From positions 62,001-126,000 of the forward strand of contig NW_021833228.1 in NCBI RefSeq assembly GCF_006345805.1: 64,000 nucleotides of DNA. The letters run 5' to 3'. The translations under genes were made by a program, and so were the position numbers. The notes below the pieces were generated by a model. It worked only from the letters and a program-made list of their open reading frames with translations. It was not told where the DNA came from and searched no databases. The stretch is from Octopus sinensis. Taxonomy: Eukaryota. The first letter of the stretch is position 1, and the number at the start of each line of letters is the position of its first letter. Of this stretch, positions 1-12,752 are shown piece after piece.

Positions 1-699
1 GGAATTGACCCGAGAGGCCCAGGGCGGGGAGAGCAGTGCCGTCATGTACCTGAAAAGAGAAGAGAAAACTCGCATTTGGCAGAATTCATAAGCAAAGCAA
101 TGAACTTAAGTTCAACCTGTTACACTGCACTAACATGTTTTTGCGCCGTATGGTCACCACCATATATAGAAGGGGTGGTATTGGTTTAAGGCCTTTAGGT
201 GTTCATGGAAGAAAAGCAAAGGAAGGCAAGGTGAGATAAGGACTTCCGGTACTGGTGGGGAGGGCGGGCGCACTGCGCACTGGGAGAAGACGAGATTTAG
301 GCGGCAGTAAGAAAGGCAAGATTTGAGATGGAAAGGTTTGCGGTCGTGTGCATAATTTTCTATGAGTGTAAGTTGGGAAAGATGGGTTAGAGAATTAAGC
401 GACAGAAAGACCAGATTTGAGACGAGATGTTTTTTTTTTTTTTTTTTTGCGGTCGTGTGAATAAGTTTTTGTGAGCGAAAGTTTATATGCTTCAGCTAGC
501 ATTTGAGACGAAGGATAATGATAATATATGGGGGACACAATAATAAGGCTTGATGGTGATAATAATACTTGCAAAAACAATGAAAGAGGGACAGGTCGTG
601 AACTTAAATATGACTTAGCTGATATTATTCATCATCCTGCGGTTCGTAGTTCGTGTGTTATAGCCAGGAGGAAAGCAATCCTCTGATAACTCAAAGATG

Positions 700-945
700 G
701 TGATTCAACAATTTCCCCATCACTGCTGTAGATATATCTGCGATGTTTTTTCTCAGTTTTGCTGGTTGCAGGTCTACCAGAAGGTTTGTCAATATCAACA
801 TTTTTCAGCCATCTTGGAAACATCTGAACTACTCGTACACTTGTGTGGTTCATACACACTTCTCCATACACTTTCTGCAACTTTGCGCAGCCCTCTGAGC
901 AGTTATCACCATGACAACTTTCTCTACCATGGTCAATGAGACAAT
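700..945 (-). pseudogene. Degenerate Tc1/mariner transposase N-terminal (HTH) fragment
   Basis: ORF 632-1054 contains KLQKVYGEVCMNHTSV...DIDKPSGRPATSKTEK, resembling the mariner HTH / D-x-x-RSGRP-x-TS segment. No DDD catalytic part is visible. Confidence 0.6.
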
Positions 946-1145
946 CACACGCCACACACCTTCCTTCCAAGCAGTGCTGTGAACAGTGGAAGTAAGCTAG
1001 AACGTTAAAACTTAGTGCACTTGCACAGCAGAGTTCAAGGTCCATCTGTGCCAAGTGGCATCACTCTGTATACTTTAGCTTTGTTACTATGGCAACAGTC
1101 CAGATACTTATTGATCAAACCTCGTACACACACACACACACACTT

Positions 1146-1355
1146 TTTTTTTACTTGTCTTAGTCATTAAACTGTGGCCTTGCTGGGGCAATACCTTGAA
1201 TTTTTAGTTTAATTTATCAATTCCAATACTTATTTTTTAAAGGTTAGTACTTATTCTGTTGGTCAGTTTTGCCAAACTGCTAAGTTATGGGGACACACAC
1301 CAACACTGGTTGTCAAGCAGTAGTGGGAGACAAACACAAATAGATATATACATCT
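1146..1355 (-). mobile_element. 3' part of a tRNA-derived SINE
   Basis: Reverse complement resembles the body/tail of the SINE at 28355-28700 and ends in an A-rich tail next to (CA)n. Confidence 0.55.
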
Positions 1356-1364
1356 GTGTTAAAA

Positions 1365-1662
1365 AACACCATCCAAATGTGGTTGATGCCAGGGCTGCCT
1401 GACTAGCTACCGTGCTGGTGGCACATAAAAAGCACCATCCGAACGTGATTGTTGCCAGGCCTGCTTGACTAGCTCCTGTGCCAGTAGCATGTAAAAGGCA
1501 CTCACTACACTCTCAGATGGATGGCATTAGGAAGAGCATCCAGCTGTAGAAACATTGCCAAATCAGATTGGTGCCTGGTGCAGCCACTGGCTCTCCAGAC
1601 CTCAATCAAACCATCCAACCCATGCCAGCATGGAAAACAGACATTAAATGATGATGATGATG
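1365..1662 (+). mobile_element. RTE LINE 3'-UTR fragment (or RTE-tailed SINE) with (ATG)n tail
   Basis: Same terminal sequence as the RTE copies (ggcattaggaagagcatccagctgtagaaac...gcatggaaaacagacattaa-atgatgatg). Confidence 0.8.
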
Positions 1663-1859
1663 AAGTATAAGAGGGGAGTGAAATAGGTGAGGCGGTGACA
1701 GCCAGAAATGGATGAAGATGGCAGACTTTGCCCTAAGCTTGGAAAAGAAATAGCAAGGAGTAACGATTGCAACAAGAAATAACGATCCAATTCGTGACAT
1801 ATGTAGGATTGATCTACAATTCTTCTGTGCATTGTAACCAGCCTATGTTCCTTTCACTG

Positions 1860-2376
1860 TGGTATAGAGTATCCAAAGGAAGAATTTGGAGGTGTTCTGT
1901 TTTGTCATTGATATTGCAGCATAAGACAGGATTAATTTTTTATGGGTGCCCATCTATCGTTAACGCTCCTGTTAAATTTGATGTATTACTGAACCGAGAT
2001 GGATTGCAAACTGTGTTGTAATGAGGCAAGTGGGAATTGCATCAGAAGTAATTTTTAACTGGTACAATTACTTCCACGATGTTTGTGCCATGTGGTGTGC
2101 ATTGACAATTTTGTGCAACTTGGAGGGCAAGATGTTGTTGTGGAGATTGATGAATCCAAGTTCATGCACAAGAAGTATCATCGCAATCGTTATAGGCAAG
2201 GCCACTGGGTTCTTGGAATGATCGAATGCAGTCGTCTAAAATGCGATTTAGTTCCTGTCCAAGACAAAAGTGTAGCTATGTTATTGCCTATAATTACCAG
2301 GCATGTGCTTCCAGGAACTAAAATTGTGACAGACTGCTGGCAGGCATACAATGACCTCCCATATCATTCACATTAA
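1860..2376 (+). pseudogene. Merlin (ISXO2/IS1595-like) DDE transposase relic
   Basis: LGGQDVVVEIDESKFMHKKYHRNR...HWVLGMIE...LLPIITRHVLPGTKIVTDCWQAY is the ISXO2-type catalytic core. The upstream part is frameshifted. Confidence 0.85.
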
Positions 2377-3309
2377 GGCTAAATATCATAATATGCATGG
2401 AAGTATGTCGAAAATAAACTATCAAAGATATCATGTATATTACGATATTTAGGTAATTGTTCAGTTTAGGGAAATTTAAAAAGTAAATAAAAATTAAGGG
2501 GGAGATAACTTGTAAAGAGACATAGATAAGTTAACTTAAACAACAAATACTGTAGCAAGGTAACATAGCAAATTACAATTTTTACACGTGTATAAATTCA
2601 TAATTAGTTGATGCTGTGCCAACCGGTGAAGAATCTTGTCTTGTGATTCGAAGGTTAATGTTTACAATATTACTCAGAAATGGAAACAAAAAATAAAAAA
2701 ATAATGCAACAGATGTAAGAAAAATGTGTATGAAATGAATATGAAAACAAAAATGTGTGCAAAGCAATGGGGTGGGGTGGGGGAGAGGACTTAGATGATT
2801 TTTTTGCTTGAATGTAATGGAAAAAAGTTTGAAAGGTACTTAGATTCAGCATTTTTTTTTTGTGTTTTTGAGTAATAGAAAAAGGTTTTCAAAAAGGTAT
2901 CATGGTGAGAGAAACAAATTCATAAATATAGTGTTGAATTTGGTTTCACTATAGAAAAAAGATAAGGGAGATTTAGCTGTTGTTTTTAGCATATCTCACA
3001 GTATAAAAAATGTGGTAAGGAGTTATTGGTGAAGGACATTAAGAACTGGTCTACATTCTTCTGTGTCATCAGGAACATGGGTATAGTCTTGCAGACTCCA
3101 AAAGGTCAGCGGTGAGATGGCCTGTATGATAAGTAACCGACTGACATATTGTTTGAAGTAGCTAGGTCTCATTCCGAGTCAAACAATACACTTTCAGGCT
3201 TCGCCACAAACGCACAATATTTTGAGTGTGAATAGAAAGGTATGCCGTTTGAAAGATATTTATATAAAATTTCAGGTAATCTTTCAGTATCTGGTGATTA
3301 AAGACGTAA

Positions 3310-3670
3310 ATAAAAATTGGGTTTTCAGTGGCATTGAAAGGATTTCCAAAAAATGCTTCCTAGTTGAAGTGCTTGATCGTACTGAACAGACTTTCTCTGA
3401 TCTGATTCAATGCTGGATTCTCCAAGGGAATCACATAGTAAGTGATGGCTAGCGATCCTATAGCAATATTGGATGCCTAAATGACAGTATACAGTCACAA
3501 ATTAATTGTGCATCAGGAGAACTCTGTAGATCCAACAAATAAGGATGTCCATATGCAAAATGTGGAGAATATATGGATGAGTGTAAAAAGAAAATTACAT
3601 CAATTTGAAATGTCAGAATTTACCCGTTTCATATTTACACAAATTTATACTGAGGAATTCTGTATCAAAG
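3310..3670 (+). pseudogene. Merlin transposase relic, catalytic core to C-terminus
   Basis: WVFSGIERISKKCFLVEVLDR...ILQGNHIVSDG, then after a stop/frameshift NSVDPTNKDVHMQNVENIWMSVKRKL. Confidence 0.8.
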
Positions 3671-3829
3671 AAAAAGACTTTTGTTCACTTTTTGGTGGCC
3701 ACAGCCAATGTCTTCGTTGTTTAACAGTAAGTTGACTTATTTATTGCTCCCTTGTTGTTATTTACCTTTTAATTTTTATTTCCTTCTTTAATCACCAGAT
3801 ACTGAAAGATCACCAAATTTCATTAAAAG

Positions 3830-6345
3830 GGCCCTGCTCGATCTGTAAAAAAGGTGTAGGTAGAAACTCTATAAGATGCACCAAGTGTAAGCTATGGACA
3901 CATAAGAGGTGCAGCAATGTCAAAGGAAGGCTAACTAGGAAAATAGTTTTTGTCTGTGGCAAATGCTCAGGAGCAATAAACACTGGAAATATGCAGAGAC
4001 CAACTTCTGCCACGTTCCAGGGAGACAAACTAGAAGTAGTTGATAGCTTCCGCTACCTAGGAGACCAAGTCAGTAGCGGGGGTGGGTGTGCTGAAAGTGT
4101 AACTGCTAGAGTAAGAATAGCCTGGGCAAAGTTTAGAGAGCTCTTACCCCTGCTGGTGACAAAAGGCCTCTCGCTCAGAGTAAAAGGCAGACTGTATGAT
4201 GCATGTGTACGTACAGCCATGCTACATGGCAGTGAAACATGGGCCGTGACTGCTGAGGATATGCGTAAGCTCGCAAGAAATGAAGCCAGTATGCTCCGAT
4301 GGATGTGTAATGTCAGTGTTCATAATCGTCAGAGTGTAAGTTCTTGAGAGAAAAGCTGAACCTAAGAAGCGTCAGTTGTGGCGTGCAAGAGAGACGGCTG
4401 CGCTGGTATGGTCATGTGACAAGAAAGGCTGAAGATAGTTGTGTGCAAAAGTGCTACACCCTAGCAGTGGAGGGAACCTGTGGAAGAGGTAGACCCAGGA
4501 AAACCTGGGACGAGGTGGTGAAGCACGACCTTCGAACTTTAGGTCTCACTAAGGAAATGTCTAGAGACCGAGACCTATGGAAGTATGCTGTGCATGAGAA
4601 GACCCGGCAAGACTAGTCAGGCCATAACCCGTGGCCCCGACCTGGGACGTAGTCAGTCCTGTGCATACCTTCCTTCTTGTGACACTTATGAAGACCTGTT
4701 GAGGCAAGTGAAAATCAAATCAAATCAAAACAAATCAAAATAGATGAACATCAGTGGAATTGTATTCTTTGTGGTACCAGTGCCGGTGGCACACAAGAAA
4801 ACCACCCAAACGTGGCCGTAACCAGTACCGCATCGACTGGCCTCCGTGCTGTGGGCACAACAAACACCATCCGATCGTGGCCGTTCGCCAGCCTCATCTG
4901 GCACCTGTGCCGGTGGTGGCACATAAAAACACCATCCGAAGACCCGGCAACGTAGTCAGTCCACCTGTGCATACCTTCCCTCTTATGACACTTGTGAAGA
5001 CCTGTTGAGGCAAGTGTGTGACACTTGTGAAGACCTGTTGAGGCAGAGGCAAGTGTGTGACACTTGTGGAGACCTGTTGAGGCAAGTGTGTGACCCTTGT
5101 GAAGACCTGTTGAGGCAAGTGAAAATCAAACCAAATCAAAATAGATGAATATCAATGGAATTTGTATCTTTGTGGTTCCAGTACCGGTGGCACACAAGAA
5201 AACCATCCGAACGTGGCCGTAGCTGGTACCGCATCGACTGGCCTCCGTGCTGTGGGCACAACAAACACCATCTGATCGTGGCCGTTCGCCAGCCTCACCT
5301 GGCACCTGTGTCGGTGGCACATAAAAACACCATCCAAAGACCCGCGACGTAGTCAGTCCACCTGTGCATACCTTCCCTCTTATGACACTTGTGAAGACCT
5401 GTTGAGGCAGAGGCAAGTGTGTGACACTTGTGAAGACCTGTTGAGGCAGAGGCAAGTGTGTGACACTTGTGGAGACCTGTTGAGGCAAGTGTGTGACACG
5501 CGTGACACTTGTGAAGACCTGTTGAGGCAAGTGAAAATCAAACCAAATCAAAATAGATGAACATCAATGGAATTTGTATCTTTGTGGTTCCAGTACCGGT
5601 GGCACACAGAAAACCATCCGATCGTGGCCGTTCGCCAGCCACATCTGGCACCTGTGTCGGTGGCACATAAAGACACCATCCGAAGACCCGGCGACGTAGA
5701 CAGTCCACCTGTGCATACCTTCCTTCTTGTGACACTTGTGAAGACCTGTTGAGGCAAGTGAAAATCAAATCAAATCAAAACAATCAAAATAGATGAACAT
5801 AAATGGAATTTGTATCTTTGTGGTACCAGTGCCGGTGGCACACAAGGAAATCATCCGAACGTGGCCGTAGCCAGTACCGCATAGACTGGCCTCCGTGCTT
5901 TGGGGACGTAACAAACACCATCCGATCGTGGCCGTCCGCCAGCCTCATCTGGCACCTGTGTCGGTGGCACATAAAAACACCATCCGAGCGTGGCCGTCTG
6001 CCACCTGCCAGCCTCATCTGGCACCTGTGTCGGTGGCACATAAAAACACCATCCGAGCGTGGCCGTCTGCCAGCCTCGTCTGGCACCTGTGTCGGTGGCA
6101 CATAAAAACACCATCCGAGCGTGGCCGTTCGCCAGCCTCGTCTGGCACCTGTGTCGGTGGCACATAAAATCACCCACTACACTCTCGGAGTGGTTGGCGT
6201 TAGGAAGGGCATCCAGCTGTAGAAACACTGCCAGATCTGACTGGCCTGGTGCAGCCTTCGGGCTCCCCAGACCCCAGTTGAACCGTCCAACCCATGCTAG
6301 CATGGAAAACGGACGCTAAATGATGATGATGATGATGATGATGAT
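3830..6345 (+). mobile_element. 5'-truncated RTE-clade LINE with expanded tandem 3' UTR
   Basis: Begins at the PHD-like finger. RT C-terminal motifs DSFRYLG, RLRWYGHV and GRGRPRKTW; stop near 4616; about 1.7 kb of tandem UTR; (GAT)n tail 6320-6345. Confidence 0.92.
4648..6170 (+). repeat. Four ~300-470-bp UTR modules with nested 33-39-bp and ~60-bp subrepeats
   Basis: Modules restart at gtag(t/a)cagtcc near 4648, 4951, 5348 and 5696. Subrepeats are gtgacacttgtgaagacctgttgaggca(gaggca)agtgt and ggcacctgtgtcggtggcacataaaaacaccatccgagcgtggccgt. Confidence 0.9.
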
Positions 6346-6549
6346 ATCCATTTTCCTCAAAGTTACAAAGAAAAAAATCGGATCTTGTGAATTTTCCGAA
6401 AGTCCTCTTCCCACTCCCTTGGAAAAGAGTTTCCCTACAGATTTCTTTATAACCATAATGTATGCCATTAGAAAGGTTACCTATTTGTTTTTTCCATCTA
6501 GTTTCAGCTCACGAGCTGTGGCCATGCTGTGGCACCGCCATTTGGTGTT

Positions 6550-9145
6550 GCTACATGGTTTTACTTCACGAATGCTTTTTAGCAAATGCCATTTGGTGCA
6601 TGAGAGAGTTCGGTGCAGCTGCCCTCATCTGCACCTCCTGCCGTAAAGTTGGTTGATCTGGGATACCTGACAAGAAGAGATCCAGTTTCATTTTAAAGAC
6701 ATCTGCATCCACCCCTTGCAGGTCTCTTAGGTTCTTCGGGAGGATATTGAAGAGCTGTGGGCCTCTGAAGCCCAGGCTATCACAGTATCTTGTCCTACAT
6801 CTTGATGGCAAATTTGGAGTCCTTGGCACTATGCAGTGGTGCCCGGTTCTAGTATTTGTGTAACTCTCGATGCCAAAGTTTGGGACTTACATCCACCCCA
6901 TGCAGGTCTCTCAGGTTCTTCGAGAGGATATTGAAGAGTTGTGGGCCTCTGAAGCTGAGGCTACCACAGTATCTTGTCCTATATCTTGATGGCAAATTTG
7001 GAGCCCTTGGCACTATGCAGTGGCGCCCAGTTCTAGTATTTGTGTAACTCTCGATGCCAAAGTTTGGGACAAGTCCTTCTAGGATCTTCCAGATGTATAA
7101 TATGGCATATCTTTCTCGCCCACGCTCTAAGGAATAGAGTCTTTCCCAATAGCTTATATGCTTCTTCGTTGGATTGCCTCAAGTTCTGAGATTAATTTGA
7201 CACTGGATGGTGACCATAGCTGAGAGCAATAGTCAAAGTGACTTAGGACAAGTGTCTTCCAGAGGACCATCATGGTTTCTTGTTCTAAAGGTTCTAAGAA
7301 TCCATCCAGCCAGCCGTCTGCATTTCACTGTCAGTTTAGCAACATGTACATGAAAGGTCGCGTCATCACTCATGTGAATACCCAGGTCACGCACTGATTG
7401 TGCCTCTGGGATTGCTATTCCTCCGGGTCCAGTGTATTCATTGGGTATTGCATTTAGTTTTGCATGCTGATAGCATAAAGCTTGAAACTTTTCAGCATTG
7501 AACTGCATGCTATTGTTTTTAGCCCACTTGTTTATTTCGTCCAGCTCACATTGCAGGTGTTTAGTGTCCTCAGGGTTCTGTATTACCTGTGAGACTTTTG
7601 TATCATCTGCATAACATGTGATCGTGGCTCCCTGCGTGGCTGAGGGCATGTCTGAGAGGGCCATTATGAACAGTAGTGGTCCCAAAACAGTGCCCTGCAG
7701 AACACCGCTCACTATTTGCATGTTAATGGAAGTGTTAGGGTGGCTATTACCACCTGACTTCTATCCTTCGGAAAGTCATGAAGCCATTCTCCCAATTTTC
7801 CAACTATGCCAAGATCATGCAGTTTGTGACATATCATTCCATGATCGACTTTATCAAAGGCCTTTGCAAAGTCGAGATATATCACTTCTACATTTGAGTG
7901 GTTGAGCAGTTGTTTCAGCACCCAGTCATAGTGTTGTAGGAGCTGAGTTAAGCAGCTTCTTCCTGGTCGGAAACCATGTTGGGTGTCAGGCAGCAAGTCA
8001 TTTTCTTCAAGGAAGGTGATTAGTTTCCTTCTGACTATTCGTTCCATGACCTTGCTGATGTGTGAGGTCAGAGAGATAGGGCTGTAGTTCATGGCCTCCA
8101 CTCTGCTACCTCCTTTATGAATAGGGCATATTTTACCCTCCTTCAGTTTTCTTAAAAAGCACCATTTGAGCGTGGCCGTTGCCAGTACCACCTGACTGGC
8201 CCTCGTGCCGGTGGCACGTAAAAGCACCCACTACACTCTCGGAGTGGTTGGCATTAGGAAGGGCGAGTCTTGTGCAGCCATCAGGTTCGCCAGACCTCAG
8301 TCAAATCGTCCAACTCATGCTAGCATGGAAAGCGGACGTTAAGCGATGATGATGATGATTTGCCAGTTGCAAGGAGGTTCTGAAAGAGTGACTGCAGTGG
8401 TCTTGCTAGGACTCGCTTACATACTTTTAGAAGGATTGCTGAGAATCCATCGGGGCCAGTAGCTGAGTTTGTTTTCATTTCATCTATAGCCTTTATTACA
8501 TCGTCTTCCTTTATATTGATGTAATCAATCATCGCTGCCTCTGATTTGTTTATCTGCAGTGGTAAAGAAGTCAGTTGGATTGCTGACTTGAAAATACTCT
8601 TGAATTGCGCATTTAGTATTTCACTTATCCTCATTGGATTTCCTGTGAGTGTGCCATCCAATTCAAGGAGTGGCCCTATCCTACAGTGCTGTTTCTTTGG
8701 CATACCTGTAGAAAGCTCTGGAGTTAGATTTTATGTTGTCTATAGCCCAGGCTTCTTTGTCTGCTCTTTCTTTTTCATGGAAGAGTTGCAGACATTTTTC
8801 AATTTCCAACAGTTTTATTTTTAGGCGGGACTTTTCACTGCTTTCAATCTGTTTGTTTAGGCGATTTGAAACTTTTGTACGCCGTCTCATTAGAATTTTC
8901 CTCTCTCTGGGACACATTTGTAGCATATGGCTTGCATTACAGACATGAATTGTTGAAGTTTCATGTCGATGTCTGGTGAGGAGAGACATTCAGGCCAGTT
9001 TTGTTTGAGGATCTCTTTCTCAATTTGTTTCCAGTTTGCCTTATGGAAGTTCAAGGTGGAAAGATTCTGAGAGTTTCTTGTAGACTGCATGTCCATGCTT
9101 TCCTTTGGTCCATACATGGTCAGCTCTACCATGTTGTGAACCCTA
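6550..9145 (-). mobile_element. 5'-truncated, frameshifted CR1/L2-group LINE (RT)
   Basis: SATGPDGF, NYSPISLTS, QHGFRPGRSCLTQLL, YLDFAKAFDKVDH, SGVLQGTVLGPLLF, YADDTK, RDLGI and GPQLFNILP appear across several minus-strand ORFs. Confidence 0.88.
8155..8359 (+). mobile_element. RTE 3'-end fragment nested in the CR1/L2 LINE
   Basis: RTE terminal sequence with a (GAT)n tail interrupts the LINE ORF between ATGK and KLKEG. Confidence 0.8.
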
Positions 9146-9489
9146 CATAAAATTTCATAAAAATTAAAAATACCATCTTCCTAAAAGTTATCGGGATCTT
9201 GTGAATTTTCCAAAGTCCCCCCCCCCTGTTGCTTTGCATGCATCTTTGTTTTCATATTCGTTTCATACACTTCTTTTTACACCCGTTGCACTATTTTTTT
9301 TCTTTCGTTTCCGGGTAATATTGTAAACATAAACTAATTCAGCTAATTGGGTGACATTGGAAGATTGAGGATTTCAATTTCAGGGAAAATGAATTGCGGG
9401 CCTGCTGGTCTTCCACGTGGTTATATTGAAAAAGTAAATAAAAATTATGGGGGAGATAAGTAGTAAAAGAAGCAAAGGGACATGTGGTG

Positions 9490-9720
9490 TCATTGATGGA
9501 AAATTGTGGCACTGCAAGCATTGTAAAAAGACCAAATCTGTTTGTTACAGTTCATTTTTTGAGAGAAGTCATATTTCTTTGTTCAATATCATTTTGTTTA
9601 TTGTTAGGCATAATATATGTCTCAAGATGATATTATGCATGAGTCTTCAGTTAGTAATCAAACTACAGTTGTGGATTGGGGAATGTTTTGTTGGGAAGTA
9701 ATCCCATAGAAATTGAGGCA
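9490..9720 (+). pseudogene. Merlin-type transposase N-terminal relic
   Basis: IDGKLWHCKHCKKTKSVCYSSFFERSHISLFNIILF resembles the W-x-C-x2-C...SFFE..HL segment that precedes ISXO2-type cores. Confidence 0.55.
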
Positions 9721-10189
9721 GAGGTAAAGACAATGGACTGTCACCACTTACGGATTTAAAAAAAAATTAATTTTTATAGGAACTCACTATATCGAGTGCA
9801 GAGATTCGGAATCTGCAAAAAACCCCCAAAAACTGCATTTCAAAATATCTTAAATTTCCATTTTTTAAAGAAATTTTTTTTTGACAAAATACGAAGAAAA
9901 ATATGGAGATTATGATTCTGAAAAAAAAATTGTAAAATTTAATTTTTGAAAAAAAAACAAACACCCCCTTCCCTTCTCCCTATAACAACAAGTGAAATTA
10001 AACATTATAGTTTAAAGGTCATGGACTGAAAATGTAAATTTTTCGAGGCCTTTCCCCCACCCCTCTTTCGCGAGAGCGCATTTTTTTTAGTCATATTCGT
10101 TTAGAGGAAGTTGTTTTACACATATTACACTAGTTTTTTTGTTGTTTTTATGACCGGGTCAAACGCTTCAGTTTATGTGATTATATATC

Positions 10190-10330
10190 AGATCCTCATG
10201 ATCAACACGTCCACAGAAAATGTGGAAAACATGTGGATGCGAGTAAAACGGAAGTTGTGGCGACAGTTTGGGATATCGGACGAATCGTGTTTCATATTTG
10301 CATGAAGTTCGAATGCCATAATTCCACGGT
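10190..10330 (+). pseudogene. Merlin-type transposase C-terminal relic
   Basis: TENVENMWMRVKRKLWRQFG, homologous to QNVENIWMSVKRKL near 3555-3600. Confidence 0.7.
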
Positions 10331-10475
10331 TAAAAGGAACACGTTGGCAATCCTTCGTCTCTAGTAGACCTTTACGTCGATTTTCGTAAAAAAATTTTTT
10401 TTTCTACTAGAGACGAAAGATTGCCCTTTTGTTTACTTTCTGGCGACGATCACCAGTGTTTATGCTGTGTAAAAA

Positions 10476-10697
10476 GGGTACTATTTAAGAGGAGTGGTCC
10501 CGGTGCGCTTACTCGTGTACTCGCGTAAGCTAGTCGTGACTAGTTGATCCTTACTCTGTGTTTTGTTTACAAGAAATTATTTATTTTGTGTAAAAAAAAA
10601 TGATTTATTTTGTGCTTTGTTTACTTTGCTAGGTAGTTGTATGATCGACTAACTAACGCGGATGTGCGTACGAGGGCCAGTTTTCTTAAAAATTACC
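10476..10697. mobile_element. MITE (~220 bp) with degenerate GGTACTATTTAAGA TIRs
   Basis: 5' gggtactatttaaga and 3' tcttaaaaattacc; inverted homologue of 11437-11654. Confidence 0.7.
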
Positions 10698-11436
10698 GAC
10701 AAATTATTCCAAAAAGATGTATATGTATTTATGTATGTACATGTATATAAAAGGTGCGTACATGTGTGTGTGTGACTGACTTTAAATACAGCTGAACACG
10801 GCACACGTACGTTCATACACTATCTTTCATATGCACGTATATACATCTATTACTTAAAGGTAATGTCGCCTTCCACATTCCATGAAAACAAAAGTAAAGA
10901 AATAAAAACTTTTAACAGAAATTAACGAACAATCAACTGATCGAATTTGACATTTATGCTACTAAAATTGAAAGAAAGCTTTAAAAACATGTGAAAATAC
11001 AACGATAGATTTGTAATTACTTACATCGGGTTTTGTACTTAAACGTAATAATAATTCTGCACAAAATAATATGTTACACTGCGAAAAGAAAACGTGTGTA
11101 GATTCATAATTTTAACTAAGCGTATTTCAAGAGACTTTTGATTAAAATCATAACTGATACTTATTTAAAAATTAGAATAAGAAATAAACAAAATATTTCA
11201 TTAAAAATATACTTTTAAAAATCATAGATCTGACTCATTATTTGAAACCGGAAGTGGCTTGGAGTAACAGCAGCATTTTTTATGAGGTAAGGAAGTACAG
11301 TATAAACTTGCAAAACCAGTGCACCATAGTATGAGCCGAGACTCGCAAAAATCGTCCCATCTTTAAGGTAATTCACTTAATAAAACCTGTTTACATATTT
11401 CTTTTGCATTCATTTCACTTGTAACTACACCTTTTT

Positions 11437-11654
11437 GGGGTACTATTTAAGATGACTGTTCCTGGTACGCGCATCCGCGCTAGCTAGTCATGACTAGTCG
11501 ATCCTACGACGACTATCTAGCAAAGTAAATAAAACACAAGAACACAAAGTAAATAATTTTTTTTAAAACAGTAAATAAAACAAAAACACAAAGTAAAGAT
11601 CGACTAGCTTGCGCGAATGTGCGCACCGGGACCACTTCTCTTAAATAGTACCCC
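11437..11654. mobile_element. MITE (218 bp) with perfect 16-bp TIRs
   Basis: GGGGTACTATTTAAGA at 11437-11452 and TCTTAAATAGTACCCC at 11639-11654, with T-runs on both flanks. Confidence 0.8.
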
Positions 11655-12107
11655 TTTTTTGTTTTAAAACCCATAAAAATTATTGACGAAAGTAAAGAAT
11701 ATACACACCACCCGTTTTCCACGAAACCTTGACCCTAAACACCGGGTGCATTTCTTTCGTTGTTTTTATTCATATTAATTTTTGAAATAATCCTAATCTA
11801 CTCCGAAACGTTTTAGAAATATCCACAACAATTTATAGATTTGACAGAGGTAGTAAATCCCGCACATCCTTTGGGATATGTTTTTTTACAAGAACCCATA
11901 TCGAGTGCGGAGGTTCCGAATAGGCAAAAAAAACTGCGTTTCAAAATTAAAAGCCTCCCTCCAATTTCTTAAATTTTCCTTTAAAAAAAATTTTGGCAAT
12001 CCTTCGATTCAATTTTTCAAAATAAAAAAAAAATAACAAGCACCCCTTCTTCGCCCTATAACAACAAGTGAAATTAAAGTGTTTTCTCTACTAACGTTTC
12101 ACGCATG

Positions 12108-12475
12108 CATCTATATATGTAAAACTGAGAATGTGTGTCTGTCTGTGAAAATCCCTAAAACTTGAGAACTACACAACCAATTTCATTCAAATTTTACACA
12201 TGCCTTACTTAGGGTCCGGGGAGTGTCATCGGCAAAAAAACATGTGTGTTTCCCTTAAACTTGAGAACTACAAAACCGATTTCATTCAAATTTTACCCAT
12301 GCCTTACTTAGGGTCCAGGGAGTGTCATGGGCAAAACAATTTCTAACTTCTTGCCTAGAGCGAGCCCACAGCAATATCATATCTTCTCCACTATTTCAGT
12401 ATTACGTGTTAAAAATGAAACAAAAACATCTCTCTATTCTAATGTCAGATACTTTCACTTGAATACTGAAACTAT
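12108..12475 (+). mobile_element. Non-autonomous Helitron-like repeat (5' part)
   Basis: Starts TCTATATATGTAAAA followed by gtgtgtctgtctgt and has an internal ~110-bp duplication. Homologous to 42425-42858 and, inverted, to 27760-28180. Confidence 0.55.
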
Positions 12476-12490
12476 TAAAGTCAAACTATT

Positions 12491-12627
12491 ATATAAGAGG
12501 ATGAACCATTAACAGTGGACATTAATTTTGCTAGAGGAAAATCCACTATGGTCTTACCACTAACAAAGGAATGGTAAGACCATAGTGAATCTTCTTCTAG
12601 CATAATGGATGTCCATCCCTCTTATAT
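12491..12627. repeat. 137-bp imperfect palindrome (MITE-like)
   Basis: Paired arms cactatggtcttacca/tggtaagaccatagtg (16 bp), tgctaga/tctagca and atataagagg/cctcttatat. Confidence 0.8.
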
Positions 12628-12752
12628 GCATGTAATATGATTTTTTCTGGAACTTCAGACTTTTCTATATGCTAGACCACTGGTTTTAAATTGATATTAA
12701 TCAAACTAATATTCAATTTTTCACCCTTATCATTTTACATTTAAATTTACAT

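Noticed and set aside
1-630. Purine-rich start of the window with short repeats (gcggtcgtgtg x2) and gaattgaccc shared with the element A 5' UTR
   Set aside because: Matches are too short to assign, and the context is cut by the window edge.
2083-2376. Bacterial IS1595 contamination or recent horizontal transfer
   Set aside because: Fragments are decayed and interleaved with eukaryotic SINEs and LINEs; Merlin is the established eukaryotic relative.
4648-6170. Short regular repeats as a CRISPR-like array
   Set aside because: No unique spacers or cas genes; the repeats are contiguous subunits of a LINE 3' UTR in eukaryotic DNA.
6320-6646. Poly-Met ORF (also 62951-63217)
   Set aside because: The poly-Met comes from the (ATG)n LINE tail.
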